Shown here: positions 22,036-32,527 of the stretch, piece after piece
Position numbering within the stretch: the stretch's first letter is position 1
How the letters are laid out: the number at the start of each line of letters is the position of its first letter
Source of the DNA: Chitinivibrionales bacterium
GTDB lineage: Bacteria > Fibrobacterota > Chitinivibrionia > Chitinivibrionales > WJKA01
DNA length: 64,000 nt
Assembly: GCA_038247415.1 (NCBI GenBank)
Contig: JBBRUX010000022.1
Location: 1-64,000 of the forward strand
Direction: 5' to 3'
Program-made: the position numbers and the translations under genes
The notes under the pieces: model-generated
What the model was told of the DNA's origin: nothing
Databases searched by the model: none
The model's input: the letters and a program-made list of their open reading frames with translations, nothing else

Positions 22036-22036
22036 A

Positions 22037-23698
22037 CTAGAGTAACCTATTTCTTATTGTGACAATACGATGGCGAACAAGCACCCTAAATAAATCTACC
22101 ATTGCAACAGGCTTAGACACATAATCGGTAAATCCTGCTTTTAAAAATTTTTCTGCATCTCCCGACAAGGCATGTGCAGTGAGTACAACAATAGGAATGT
22201 TTTTATTAATCTTTCTAATTTCAACAAGCGCTTCTAAACCATTCATTCTGGGCATTTGACAATCCATAAAAACAAAATCGAATTGCTGTTCCGAGATCAT
22301 TTTTATCGCATTAATGCCATCTGTGGCAACTTCACTAATAATCTGAGCCTTATGCAGCATTGTGGTCATTAAAATTTGACTCAATTCGTCATCTTCTACA
22401 ATTAAAATGCGCATCCCCACAAATTCCAATGGAATAGATTTACATTCTGCCACAGCGTTGCCACGAGGCCCCGTTTGAGAAACTGCTCTTGCAAAACGAA
22501 GGGTAACCGTAAATTCGGTTCCAATCCCAACTTCCGATTGAATGGTAATATCTCCGTGCATGAGTTGTGCTAGATTGCGTGAGATTGCCAAACCAAGACC
22601 TGTTCCCCCATATTTACGCGTTGCAGAAGAATCCACTTGAGAAAAAAGTTTAAATAATTTTTCATGGTGCTCTATGGGAATGCCAATACCGGTATCTCGA
22701 ACAACAAGTGTTACCTCAAAACCATCTGCATCGGCGGCCACTTTCTCGATAATTAAAGACACCGATCCTGCAGATGTAAATTTTACCGCATTACTTAAAA
22801 GATTCATAAGGATCTGCCGAACCTTGCCTGCATCACCATGCATAAGCGCTGGAACATCAGAGAGCATCGAGTATGACAATCTGATATTTTTTTTAAGTGC
22901 ACTAGGAGATAATGTTTTTGTAGTTTCAACAACCAGATTTGTCAAACTAAAATCGGATGTCTCAAAGCTCATTTTTCCAGCTTCGATTTTAGACAAATCT
23001 AAAATGTCATTAATAATAGACAATAAAGAATTCCCAGATTTAATAATACATTCGGCAAAATCGCGCTGAATTTCGTCGAGATCGGTATCGCCTAAAAGAT
23101 CGGCAAAACCTATGATACCATTCATGGGAGTTCTAATTTCATGGCTCATATTGGCAAGAAATTGCGACTTGGCAATGTTTGCTTCTTCTGCAGCGAGTCT
23201 GGCCATTTCAAGTTCGGCGCTCATTGTTTTTTCAGACAGGAGCGAATCAATCATTGCTTTGCTCATTGCTTCTGCTTCTTCTTTTGCCTCTTGCAAAGAA
23301 ATTTCATCGAATTTTCGGGTTGTAATATCTTTAAGCACGTGAACAGAACCAATAATTTCGCCCGTTTCATTTTTTCTCGGGGTTACTGTTACTTCAAAGT
23401 AATGCCCTGTTGTACTATCATGGAGCTCCCGAACTACGAGATTGCCTGTGGCCATTGATTCCCGATGTGGACAGTTCGCAATAGGATCGTGAGTGCCATG
23501 TTGAATACAATAGCAAAAAGAACCACACGCTGCCTGATACGAAATCCCTTTATGATGCAGATATGCATCGTTAGCATCCAGAATAGTATTGTTAGGATCT
23601 AATATAATGATCTCCTCCTGGATCGCATTGAATGCAGATCTCCATGCCTCACAAACGCCTAATTCCTCTGTTGTTATAGTCATAATTGTAGCATCCAT
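22037..23698 (-). CDS. PAS-containing hybrid histidine kinase (PAS-HisKA-HATPase-REC)
   Basis: PAS-like N-terminus, [32 protein letters not shown]-terminal REC DCQMP. Confidence 0.93.
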   Translation of the reverse strand: MDATIMTITTEELGVCEAWRSAFNAIQEEIIILDPNNTILDANDAYLHHKGISYQAACGSFCYCIQHGTHDPIANCPHRESMATGNLVVRELHDSTTGHYFEVTVTPRKNETGEIIGSVHVLKDITTRKFDEISLQEAKEEAEAMSKAMIDSLLSEKTMSAELEMARLAAEEANIAKSQFLANMSHEIRTPMNGIIGFADLLGDTDLDEIQRDFAECIIKSGNSLLSIINDILDLSKIEAGKMSFETSDFSLTNLVVETTKTLSPSALKKNIRLSYSMLSDVPALMHGDAGKVRQILMNLLSNAVKFTSAGSVSLIIEKVAADADGFEVTLVVRDTGIGIPIEHHEKLFKLFSQVDSSATRKYGGTGLGLAISRNLAQLMHGDITIQSEVGIGTEFTVTLRFARAVSQTGPRGNAVAECKSIPLEFVGMRILIVEDDELSQILMTTMLHKAQIISEVATDGINAIKMISEQQFDFVFMDCQMPRMNGLEALVEIRKINKNIPIVVLTAHALSGDAEKFLKAGFTDYVSKPVAMVDLFRVLVRHRIVTIRNRLL

Positions 23699-23701
23699 AT
23701 C

Positions 23702-23863
23702 TTAGAGTAACATTCGTCCCGACAAAAAAGAAACTTCGGTTCTAAGATCTTTTCTGAGTATTGTAAGTTCTCGGTTTTTTTTAAGCCTATAAGCCACCTT
23801 GCACATCAAACTAACTTGATTGTTGCATACAGTTGCGTTTACATATACTTTTGCACTTTTCAT
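23702..23863 (-). CDS. Putative small basic protein (53 aa)
   Basis: GGAGAG RBS 5 nt before ATG, MKSAKVYVNATVC..., stop 3 nt before the kinase start. No recognised family. Confidence 0.35.
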   Translation of the reverse strand: MKSAKVYVNATVCNNQVSLMCKVAYRLKKNRELTILRKDLRTEVSFLSGRMLL

Positions 23864-23903
23864 TGACACTCTCCAGTACACTACCATCGGCACTAAGAAT
23901 AAA

Positions 23904-23932
23904 AGCACGATCTCCGGTTTGGAGATCGTGCT
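23904..23932 (-). terminator. Intrinsic terminator after MCP gene
   Basis: Perfect 12-bp stem AGCACGATCTCC/GGAGATCGTGCT, 5-nt loop, T-rich tail on minus strand. Confidence 0.8.
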
Positions 23933-23942
23933 AGCAGTCGGC

Positions 23943-26873
23943 TTAGAAATCTTTGAGAACAGCCTCATCCATAGGGATAAGGTTATTCGCATTAACAGTT
24001 TCTAGCTTTTTCTTAGCCATACCATTACCATTTGTGCTCTTCTTATGCACTGCAACTTTAGAGTCTGCGTGCGTTTGATGAACAGCTCCCGCAGAAGGCC
24101 GTGCGCTTCTGTTTTGAGTGGCTTGCGAAAGCGCAAATTGCCCAACCATTGCAGAGAGTTCTTCCGCTTGTCCAGAAAGCTCTTCTGCGGCGCTTGCAGA
24201 TTCTTCTGAATTGGCTGCATTGGACTGAGTAACCTTATCCATTTGAGCAACCGCACTATTTACCTGATCGATACCTTGCGATTGTTCCTGGCTTGCCGCT
24301 GCAATCTCGGCAATAAGGTCGTTAACCTTTTTCGCACTTGTTGCAATTGCAGTAAACGACATGCTTACCTCTCCAGCAATCTTGACACCGCCTTCTGCAT
24401 TTTTTACCGATTCACTAATCATATCGGCGGTATTTTTTGCAGCTTGGGCAGAGCGTTGTGCCAAATTACGCACTTCTTCTGCAACCACTGCAAATCCTCT
24501 TCCTGCTTCTCCAGCGCGAGCAGCCTCTACCGCTGCATTAAGCGCAAGAAGGTTTGTCTGCATGGCAATTTCGTCGATAGTTTTAACAATCTTGGCAGTC
24601 TGATCGGAAGACTCCTTGATCTTGTTAATAGAATCAGACATACGGCTCATTGCCTCAGTGCCAACCTTCGCATTTGTATCGGCTTCCGCAGAGAGCGTCT
24701 TGGCCTGATTGGCATTTTCTGCATTCTGTTTTGTCATTGAGGCCATTTCCTCAAGGCTGCTTGATACTTCCTCAAGGCTCGAAGCCTGCTCATTGGCACC
24801 TTGAGCCAACGATTGACTACCAGAAGATATCTGCTGCGAAGCAGACGAAACCTGTCCGGTTGCTTCGGCAACTTGAGAGAGTGCCATGTCTAAATTATCT
24901 ACGGCAGAATTAAGGGAGTTTTTGATTTTGGCAAGATCGCCTTTATAATCTCCCATAACGCGTGCAGTCATGTCGCGCGCTGCAACCTTATCCAGTACTT
25001 GCGCAGCTTCGTTGATTGGAACAAGAACATTGTCCAAGGTGTCGTTGACGCCCTTGACCAACTGGTTCCAGCCACCCAAAAAGAGTGCTGCATTGGCACG
25101 AGTTTCCAACTGACCATTAAGCGCAGCTTGAACAAGCTTATTGGTTTCTGTAAGCAATTCACTCATCATCTTGACAACCGCATTTAGGTTGTTTTTAATA
25201 ATGTTGTATTGCCCTTTATAAACAGTTGTGATCTCAGATGGAATAACACCTTTGGAAACTTTTTCAACATAATCGGCTGTAACCATTAGAGGATCAACGA
25301 TATTCGTTATGGTATCGTTGACACCGCTCACTAACTGATTCCATCCGCCAAGGAACAGAGATGCATTAGCACGTTTATCGAGTTCTCCATCGGCTGCAGC
25401 TTTAATGATTATGTCGGTTTCTTTAAGCAGATCGCTCATCATTTTAACAACCGAATTGAGGTTTCCTTTTATGATATTAAAATCTCCATTATAGTTGTCG
25501 GTGATAATAGGAGGAATAACACCCTTGCTAATATCATCAACATATTTAGCTGTCACATTCAAGGGTCCAATAACACTATCGAGGCAATCGTTGACTCCCT
25601 TGACAATCTTACCAAAATCGCCGCCATGCTTGCTTGCATCGGCACGGGTTGCAAGCTTGCCTTCAACTGCAGCAACCGAGAGCATATTTGCATCGGCAAC
25701 GAGTGCATTAACAGAATCGATACAGACATTAAGATTATTCTTGATTTCATTGAAATCACCATTGTATTTATCGGTGATTTTTGCGGGGATATCACCTTTA
25801 CTAATACGGTCTACATATTCTGCAGCAACGTTCAAGGGCCCAATAACACTATCGAGGCAATCGTTGACTCCTTGCACGATTTCTTTATATCCGCCTTTAA
25901 ATTTATCGGCTTGGCCGCGTGTTGCAAGTTTTCCGTCGATTGCAGCTTTAGAAAGCATGCCGGCTTCGGCCATAAGACCCTTGAGAGATTCGATCGTATT
26001 GATAATAGCTGGAGTAATTTCGTCTTGCGCATCTTTTGGTTTAAGAGTAGATGAAACATCTCCTCCGCCAATTTTAACTACGGTTGCAACAACGTTCTTT
26101 TGGAGATCTTCGGCGAATTCATCCATAGCAGTGGCGAGTTGACCAATTTCATCTTTCCGGTTCATTTTTAGACGTGTACCCAAATGTCCTTTTGCCATTT
26201 CTAGCATCATGGTAACACCTTGAGATAACGGCTTGGTAATCGAAACTGCCAGTGAAATTCCAAGAATTATGGCGATAAGAACCCCAACAATAAGTGTTAT
26301 AACCATGATGGTCATTGTTGCATTTGCCTTTACAGTGTTTTCTTCGCTGAGTTTTTTTGCTATGCCAAGCTTTTGCTCAACAATCTTATCAATTAAATTT
26401 TGTACTAATTGATTTACTTTTTGTGCATCGCCATCAAGAATCGCATAGGCTTCAACATCTTTTTGGGATTTTGCTAGGACTACTACCTGATCTAAAAATC
26501 CCTTATACTCATTAAAAGCAAGTTCAAATTGTTTATACACATCTTTTCCAGCATCGGTAATCAATGTTTTTTCATATTGGGCTGCGGCAATATTCAATGA
26601 ATCGCCGAGAACCTTAATACGCTGAGCATATTGCTCAACCTTTTCGGGAGTAGTCGCACGAATAATATCACGACTATTTACCCGCAAACGTTGAAAATTA
26701 TTTCCCATCGTAATAACATATTCAAATGGCACCGTTGCTTTTTCATACAGCATCGTATCCCGCACATCTGCCGACTTCATATTCGTAACACCGAATATTC
26801 CGATTGCTGCAGCAATCATTGCCACAATCAAAAATCCCCCAATGAGTTTTACACCAATCTTAATGTTATTCAT
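23943..26873 (-). CDS. Methyl-accepting chemotaxis protein with four-helix sensor and poly-HAMP array
   Basis: Two TMs, HAMP (RKDEIGQL), ~91-aa repeats, [34 protein letters not shown] signalling hairpin, C-terminal ...VLKDF tail. Confidence 0.96.
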   Translation of the reverse strand: MNNIKIGVKLIGGFLIVAMIAAAIGIFGVTNMKSADVRDTMLYEKATVPFEYVITMGNNFQRLRVNSRDIIRATTPEKVEQYAQRIKVLGDSLNIAAAQYEKTLITDAGKDVYKQFELAFNEYKGFLDQVVVLAKSQKDVEAYAILDGDAQKVNQLVQNLIDKIVEQKLGIAKKLSEENTVKANATMTIMVITLIVGVLIAIILGISLAVSITKPLSQGVTMMLEMAKGHLGTRLKMNRKDEIGQLATAMDEFAEDLQKNVVATVVKIGGGDVSSTLKPKDAQDEITPAIINTIESLKGLMAEAGMLSKAAIDGKLATRGQADKFKGGYKEIVQGVNDCLDSVIGPLNVAAEYVDRISKGDIPAKITDKYNGDFNEIKNNLNVCIDSVNALVADANMLSVAAVEGKLATRADASKHGGDFGKIVKGVNDCLDSVIGPLNVTAKYVDDISKGVIPPIITDNYNGDFNIIKGNLNSVVKMMSDLLKETDIIIKAAADGELDKRANASLFLGGWNQLVSGVNDTITNIVDPLMVTADYVEKVSKGVIPSEITTVYKGQYNIIKNNLNAVVKMMSELLTETNKLVQAALNGQLETRANAALFLGGWNQLVKGVNDTLDNVLVPINEAAQVLDKVAARDMTARVMGDYKGDLAKIKNSLNSAVDNLDMALSQVAEATGQVSSASQQISSGSQSLAQGANEQASSLEEVSSSLEEMASMTKQNAENANQAKTLSAEADTNAKVGTEAMSRMSDSINKIKESSDQTAKIVKTIDEIAMQTNLLALNAAVEAARAGEAGRGFAVVAEEVRNLAQRSAQAAKNTADMISESVKNAEGGVKIAGEVSMSFTAIATSAKKVNDLIAEIAAASQEQSQGIDQVNSAVAQMDKVTQSNAANSEESASAAEELSGQAEELSAMVGQFALSQATQNRSARPSAGAVHQTHADSKVAVHKKSTNGNGMAKKKLETVNANNLIPMDEAVLKDF
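25567..25871. repeat. Intragenic direct repeat, 273-bp period, in MCP HAMP array
   Basis: 32-bp CCAATAACACTATCGAGGCAATCGTTGACTCC is identical at 25567-25598 and 25840-25871. Confidence 0.85.
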
Positions 26874-27058
26874 AACCCCATTCTCCTTGTTAAATAAATT
26901 TTACAAACCCCATTAAAACCATCCAAACAAATAAATAAACTCAACCTTCATAAAAAAACTCACCCACTATCAACATTCCCACTCAATTTCATTGTTCCCA
27001 TCATAAATCCTCCTTGATTAAAAAAAAACTTTAAATGTTAAGCAACCTTCAATTGAGG

Positions 27059-27664
27059 TCAATCTTTTTTTCTAAAAACAGACATGCTCCCCGTTGCCTT
27101 CTCAAAAATTTGATTACATTCCTCTGGCATTTTTTGAGTATGTTCAACAGCCAAAATCCCATTCTCTGCCAAGGCATTGCTAAACATATGCAATACTTCT
27201 ACTCGCTTTTCCTCTGGAAAATGCAGCAAAACATTTTTGCATACAATAAGAGAATATCCAGTTCCTGGCGCTTTCAAGTGCAGAAGGTCGTGCTTTTGAA
27301 AACGAACCCTCTCGCGCAAAAGCTCATCGATCTGAAAATTTTTGCCATCATCGCATTTTTTAAAGTATTTATCCAAATACTCTGGCGGAATGCGAGAGAC
27401 AAGATCCACGGGATATTTACCTTCGCGTATCGTTTGCCCAAAATCGCCGCCTTCATCGATGTCGGTAGCATCTACAATTAGATTTTTAAACGAGAATCGA
27501 CCCATTTTTTCTGCAAGCAAAATTAATATCGTGTAAAGCTCTGGCCCCATGGCACAACCTGCATCCCAAATGCGTGCACGACTTCGGCCAACGGTATCGG
27601 CAACAAACATATCTGCGGCCGATTCTAAAATGGGTAAATCTCTAAAAAAGAAAGTAAAGGCCAT
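27059..27664 (-). CDS. Short CheR-type methyltransferase (SAM-binding domain only)
   Basis: FTFFFRD, IWDAGCAMGPELYT, ATDID, CKNVLLHF. Lacks the N-terminal all-alpha CheR domain. Confidence 0.85.
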   Translation of the reverse strand: MAFTFFFRDLPILESAADMFVADTVGRSRARIWDAGCAMGPELYTILILLAEKMGRFSFKNLIVDATDIDEGGDFGQTIREGKYPVDLVSRIPPEYLDKYFKKCDDGKNFQIDELLRERVRFQKHDLLHLKAPGTGYSLIVCKNVLLHFPEEKRVEVLHMFSNALAENGILAVEHTQKMPEECNQIFEKATGSMSVFRKKD

Positions 27665-27676
27665 GATATGTCCTGT

Positions 27677-28207
27677 TTAGCTAATTGCTGTTTTTCTAAT
27701 TTCGGATACTTCCTTAACACTCATAACTTTATCTATGTCAAGGAGAATTTTAACGCTTGTGCCAATTTTTCCCATACCAAGAATAAACTCGGTATTTATA
27801 GAAGCCCCAAAGCTTGGGGTTTCTTCGATATTTTCGGCCAAAATATCAAGCACTTCTTTCACCTCATCGATAATAATTCCCATGGTAATAATGCCAGCAG
27901 TACCGTGATCTATTTGCACAACAATAATACAGGTTTTTTCTGTATCCTCAGATGCATCGAGGCCAAATTTTGCGCGCAAATCGATAACCGGAATAACTTT
28001 TCCACGCAAATTAATAACACCCCGAACATAATCGGGCGTTCGTGGAACATGGGTGACCGCTTGCATTTGAATAATTTCTTGCACCTTGAGAATTTCTAAA
28101 CCATATTCTTCTTCTGCAAGCTTAAAGGTCAAATACTTTCCGGCAAGCTGCTGACCAACATCGCTTTTTTCGAGGGTGGCAGTTGCCCCGCTCATTGATT
28201 CAGTCAT
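27677..28207 (-). CDS. cheW: Chemotaxis adaptor CheW
   Basis: YLTF.L..EEYG, VRGVINLRGKVIPVIDLR. Confidence 0.95.
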   Translation of the reverse strand: MTESMSGATATLEKSDVGQQLAGKYLTFKLAEEEYGLEILKVQEIIQMQAVTHVPRTPDYVRGVINLRGKVIPVIDLRAKFGLDASEDTEKTCIIVVQIDHGTAGIITMGIIIDEVKEVLDILAENIEETPSFGASINTEFILGMGKIGTSVKILLDIDKVMSVKEVSEIRKTAIS

Positions 28208-28249
28208 ACTACACTCCTTCGGTTAATTGATATATGTAAATCGCTCATG

Positions 28250-30886
28250 TTAACTGTTCGCCATTTTCATAACACCGCCAATGTCAAGAATTAAACTAAC
28301 TCCACCATCGCTCATAATAGCACCACCCGATACTCCGGGCACATCCCCAACGCCAGTACCAAGGCTTTTAATAACTACTTGTTGTTGTCCGATAATTTCG
28401 TCGAGATAAAGTCCTATTTTTTTGCCAACCATATCTTCTACTATCATGACAATGCCACCATTGAATTCGTATTTTCGGCCATTCTTTTGTTCTAATAAAC
28501 CTTCTAAATGCACAAGCGTTATAAGCTCGCCACGCACTTTAATCATTTTCCCCTGTTGCATAACACTATCGATCTGATCTGCTGCAGGTTTGATAGATTC
28601 GAGAATTGCAAGCGTGGGAACTATGTAATGAAATTTACCAGCGCGAACAATCATACCATCTACAATGGCAAGCGTTAGCGGTAAACGGATGGTAAACGTT
28701 GTCCCAATACCAGAAGCGGAAGATATTTCTACCGATCCGCGCAGAGCCTCTATATTTTTTTTGACAACATCCATTCCAACGCCGCGCCCAGAAACATCGG
28801 TTATCTGTTTGGCGGTAGAAAACCCTGGCAAGAAAATGAATTGGAAGAGCTCTGCATCAGAGAGTAGAGCATCTTCTTTACACAACCCACGCGACACAGC
28901 TTTTTGAAAAATTGCATTTTTGTCTAGTCCTTTGCCGTCATCGGCAATTTCCATGTAAATGTTTCCTGCTTTTTGATACGCCCGTAATACTACACGCGCC
29001 TTAGCAGGCTTTTTTGTTTGAGCTCGCGCTTCGGTAGATTCTATGCCATGATCTATAGAATTGCGAATCATATGAATAAGAGGATCCCCAATATTTTCTA
29101 CCACCGATTTATCGAGTTCGGTATCTTCCCCTTCGGTAATAAAGTCTACTTCTTTGCCCGATTTCTTAGATAGATCGCGAGCGAGGCGTGCCATTTTTTG
29201 AAATGTTGCCTTAACAGACACCATGCGAAGCGACATAGCAAGCTCTTGAATTTGACGCATAATCATGTTGGCATGGGCAACTTTAGTGGTAAGTGTCTGA
29301 TCTGCCATGGTCATGATCGATTGATCTGCATTAATCATAGATTGTGCAATAACGGCTTCGCCGATAGCGTCCACGAGTTGATCGATGCGATTTATAGGTA
29401 CGCGAATTGTTTCTTCTACAAGGGTTGGTGTTCTTGCTGCATTTTGGCTTGCAAGCGCATTTGCCACAGCACGAGCAGGCACTCCAACAGGATCTATAAG
29501 TATTTCTCCTAATTTTCTGGTATCGCCCTCTTTTTGTAAAGCGACGGCTTCGGATATTTTTTCCTGTTCGCATACCCCTTTTTCAACAAGAATTTCACCC
29601 ATTTTTTTTAGTGTTGGAACAACACCAGATTCTGCAGCAATAGCATAGGGTGATGCGAGTTTAGCAACGATTTCGGCATAGCCTCCAGGAATTTCAAACT
29701 CTGCGCCACCCATTGTTTTTTCTATGGCATCTACAAATGCTCGCAGGCAATCGTTTGCTTCTAATAAGGTATCGATATGCCCGGGTGTTAATACCAGATC
29801 TCCTTTACGAGCCATATCCATCATATTTTCCATGCTATGAGCAAGAGATTGAACCTCTTTAAGCCCAAGAAAACCGGCAACACCCTTTATAGTGTGCCAT
29901 GCACGAAAAATTGAATTAAGATTCTCTGCATGTGAAGGATCCGATTCAAGTTCGAGAAGTTTAGATTCTGCAGTACGAATATGATCACGCGATTCTGTTA
30001 CAAAATCCCCCATTAATGATGGATCACCGGTAAAAGCAGCATTACCCAATACAGGCACGGGGGCGAGTTCTACTGGTGCAATCGAGGTTGCGACTATTTT
30101 GGGTTTTTCTCGTGGGGCGCTATCTGCCAAAACGGCAGGCGCGGCATTTTCTAAAAGAGCGATAAAAAGAATTTCGTTTGCTTCGCTTTTGTTAAGAGAA
30201 GGCATAACGCCATTTGCAGCTGCGCGAAAATTTTGAGTGAGAAGATCTTTTAACCGAAATAAGTTATCTGCAGAAATAAGGTTGTTTTCGATGTTTTCCT
30301 CGAGAACATGAATAAGCTTAGAATATTCGGAAAGATCTAAAACTCCAAATTCACCTTTCCAAGTATGCAATATTCTTTTAATTGCAGCTTTGGCTTGAGG
30401 ATTGCCTTTTTCCATTTCAAGAATGTATGCTTCAAAATCTTCGAGTACCGATTGCTGATTGCTTGCAAATCGAATAAGAAGATCAACAACTTCATCGCTT
30501 TTAAGATCTGATACATTTGGTTTACTTTTTTTAGTAGATTCGGCTTTAGCTTTTTTAGTATCATCGGATTCGGGTTCGATTTCTTGGGTACCCTTGGAAT
30601 TTACTAGTGGGATATCTGAAAGAGAATGCTGCATTTTTTCGATAGACGAGCAGAGTTTTTTAATGCCAGGGTCAAATTCGGATTCTCCCATAATTATAAG
30701 CTCAGCAAGCATTGTGGCGCGTTTTGCAGTTTCTATAAATGCCTTAGGCAATCCTACTAAAAGAGTTAACTTTTCTAAATCGCCCATAATAGCTGCTAAG
30801 GCATTTAAATCTGATTTTTCTACCATGGGAATGCGTGCGGCTATTCCGTTAAGAAGAGCATCTGCTTGTTGCATTGCATCACTCAT
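28250..30886 (-). CDS. cheA: Chemotaxis kinase CheA with two Hpt domains
   Basis: LHTWKG and WHTIKG Hpt motifs, HMIRNSIDHG, DDGKG, GFSTA...SGRGVGMDVV, C-terminal CheW domain. Confidence 0.96.
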   Translation of the reverse strand: MSDAMQQADALLNGIAARIPMVEKSDLNALAAIMGDLEKLTLLVGLPKAFIETAKRATMLAELIIMGESEFDPGIKKLCSSIEKMQHSLSDIPLVNSKGTQEIEPESDDTKKAKAESTKKSKPNVSDLKSDEVVDLLIRFASNQQSVLEDFEAYILEMEKGNPQAKAAIKRILHTWKGEFGVLDLSEYSKLIHVLEENIENNLISADNLFRLKDLLTQNFRAAANGVMPSLNKSEANEILFIALLENAAPAVLADSAPREKPKIVATSIAPVELAPVPVLGNAAFTGDPSLMGDFVTESRDHIRTAESKLLELESDPSHAENLNSIFRAWHTIKGVAGFLGLKEVQSLAHSMENMMDMARKGDLVLTPGHIDTLLEANDCLRAFVDAIEKTMGGAEFEIPGGYAEIVAKLASPYAIAAESGVVPTLKKMGEILVEKGVCEQEKISEAVALQKEGDTRKLGEILIDPVGVPARAVANALASQNAARTPTLVEETIRVPINRIDQLVDAIGEAVIAQSMINADQSIMTMADQTLTTKVAHANMIMRQIQELAMSLRMVSVKATFQKMARLARDLSKKSGKEVDFITEGEDTELDKSVVENIGDPLIHMIRNSIDHGIESTEARAQTKKPAKARVVLRAYQKAGNIYMEIADDGKGLDKNAIFQKAVSRGLCKEDALLSDAELFQFIFLPGFSTAKQITDVSGRGVGMDVVKKNIEALRGSVEISSASGIGTTFTIRLPLTLAIVDGMIVRAGKFHYIVPTLAILESIKPAADQIDSVMQQGKMIKVRGELITLVHLEGLLEQKNGRKYEFNGGIVMIVEDMVGKKIGLYLDEIIGQQQVVIKSLGTGVGDVPGVSGGAIMSDGGVSLILDIGGVMKMANS

Positions 30887-31305
30887 AGTCCCATCCTGTC
30901 GCTACTGCTAGTAATACCAAAAGAATGCTCCCACCTATTGACGCGTTGAATGGTTTGCTGTGTGATTTCTAAAAGAAGCGGAATATCGGTAAATGGCTTT
31001 GTTACATAGTCAACCGCGCCATTCTCGATGCATTCGATTACTTTGGCCATGCTGCTAAATGCAGTCATCATAATGATATTGCACAGCGGGTTGATACTTT
31101 TAATCTTTTGGATAACTTCACTGCCAAGCATTTGAGGCATAAGAACATCTACCAAAACAACATTGAAATTTTTTTGCTCATAGCGCTCAATTGCGGTGAG
31201 GGGATTTGATTCTATTTCGGCAGCAATCCCATTTTTGCGGAAAATAATCTGCAAGGTCTGCAATATTATTTCTTCATCGTCAATTATTAAAAGGCTATTT
31301 TGCAT
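30883..31305 (-). CDS. Single-domain response regulator
   Basis: LIIDD, DVLMP, MTA, YVTKPF. Confidence 0.88.
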   Translation of the reverse strand: MQNSLLIIDDEEIILQTLQIIFRKNGIAAEIESNPLTAIERYEQKNFNVVLVDVLMPQMLGSEVIQKIKSINPLCNIIMMTAFSSMAKVIECIENGAVDYVTKPFTDIPLLLEITQQTIQRVNRWEHSFGITSSSDRMGL

Positions 31306-31334
31306 GACTACTCCTGGTTACTCGCAAAAACGGA

Positions 31335-31712
31335 TTATGCAGTTGCCGATGTTTCCAAAATGCGATCCACGACCATATCTAAATCGGGGAGGTTTACCGG
31401 TTTTGTAAAGTAGAAATCCGGCGATATCGCACGAGCATTTCGCTCGGTTTCTGGGGAATCATCTCCCGTTAGAATTATTGCGGGTATACCACAATAGTCC
31501 AGGCGCAACCGAGTAAGAATTTCTTCCCCAGATTTCCCCGGTAAATGATAATCCACTATACAGAGATCAACGTGGTTTTCGGATAAGAGCTCTAAAACAT
31601 CCTTACCATTGGTGACGGCAATAACAGCGAATCCACTTTTTTCAAAGTGCCGACATAATGTTTGACGATAGAATAAGTCGTCTTCCGCAATGAGGATTGT
31701 TTTTGTTTTCAT
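31335..31712 (-). CDS. Single-domain response regulator
   Basis: LIAEDD, DYHLP, LTG, YFTKP. Start taken at MKTKTIL. Confidence 0.87.
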   Translation of the reverse strand: MKTKTILIAEDDLFYRQTLCRHFEKSGFAVIAVTNGKDVLELLSENHVDLCIVDYHLPGKSGEEILTRLRLDYCGIPAIILTGDDSPETERNARAISPDFYFTKPVNLPDLDMVVDRILETSATA

Positions 31713-31725
31713 GCCTCTAGGTAAT

Positions 31726-31742
31726 ATCAACTTATGTGCCAA
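31726..31742 (-). promoter_or_regulatory. Candidate sigma54 (-24/-12) promoter of the che operon
   Basis: TTGGCACATAAGTTGAT matches TGGCAC-N5-TTGC(A/T) except C>A at -12, with correct GG-N10-G spacing. A GAFTGA activator gene lies upstream. Confidence 0.5.
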
Positions 31743-32068
31743 CATTGGGGACCGATTGATTTTAATCGAGTTAGCATTCAATACCCAAGGATTTCACAAA
31801 CTAAGCATGCTTAAAAAGTATCAATTTGATTTCAAAAGGAAAAAACATTAAGAAAACGCCGGTATTTTTGATACAATTATGCGTGAGGTTACGGTAGGAG
31901 GAAACGTATAGCATTGATAAATAACAAAGTCTTACGATTAAATTCAATGACAGGAATGTCTTTATTTGATACAGCGAACTCTTAAATACTACTTTCATTA
32001 ATTATTATTAATTGTATATATAGTTTAATAAAAGAGACAATTGCCTTGGGTGAAAGCTTTTTCCTATA

Positions 32069-32280
32069 AACCTCACCCCGCGCGAGGACGCGCTTCCCCT
32101 CTTTCAACCTGAGAGGGGCATATGTGCTGCACACGCGGAAGTCTAAGACTTGTTAATTGCTCCATTCTCCCAACCCGAAAGGCTCATATATATTGAGCAC
32201 TCGGAAGTCTATATTTTGACAATTGCGACTCTCTCTGTATGGGAGAGGGGGATGGTTCGCTTTGGAACCAGGGTGAGGTT
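32069..32280. repeat. Palindromic REP/MITE-like element with internal 66-bp tandem duplication
   Basis: Terminal inverted repeat AACCTCACCC...GGGTGAGGTT, CCCCTCT/AGAGGGG hairpins, units 32096-32161 and 32162-32227 align ungapped at 45/66 by manual count. Confidence 0.7.
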
Positions 32281-32527
32281 ATTGTATTAATCGAGGCTTT
32301 CGAAGTACAAAAAGCGAGAGTTTTACAAGTATCTCATGAGGTATTATTTACAATTATAACTGTATTTTAAAATTCTATAAACTTTAAAAAAAAAGGATAT
32401 ACAGGCAGAGGAAGATCCCACAATCAAAGCAGGAATACGATGCGTACACAATAGCTTTGCCAATCAAACGGAAAAGGCTCAGCAAAATATTAGAATATCA
32501 TACTGTACAATCATTGTCTATAAAAAA

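Noticed and set aside
23702..23992. 96-aa version of the small ORF in the track
   Set aside because: It overlaps the MCP end and spans the terminator. Only the ATG at 23863 has an RBS.
24243..26142. Long plus-strand ORFs across the MCP
   Set aside because: Antisense shadows favoured by repetitive codon usage.
31801..31998. 65-aa ORF upstream of the che operon
   Set aside because: AT-rich, no RBS, no motif. Better explained as regulatory DNA.
32096..32227. 66-bp periodicity as a possible mini CRISPR array
   Set aside because: Similarity runs across the whole unit with no repeat/unique-spacer alternation, only two units, and no cas genes in the window.
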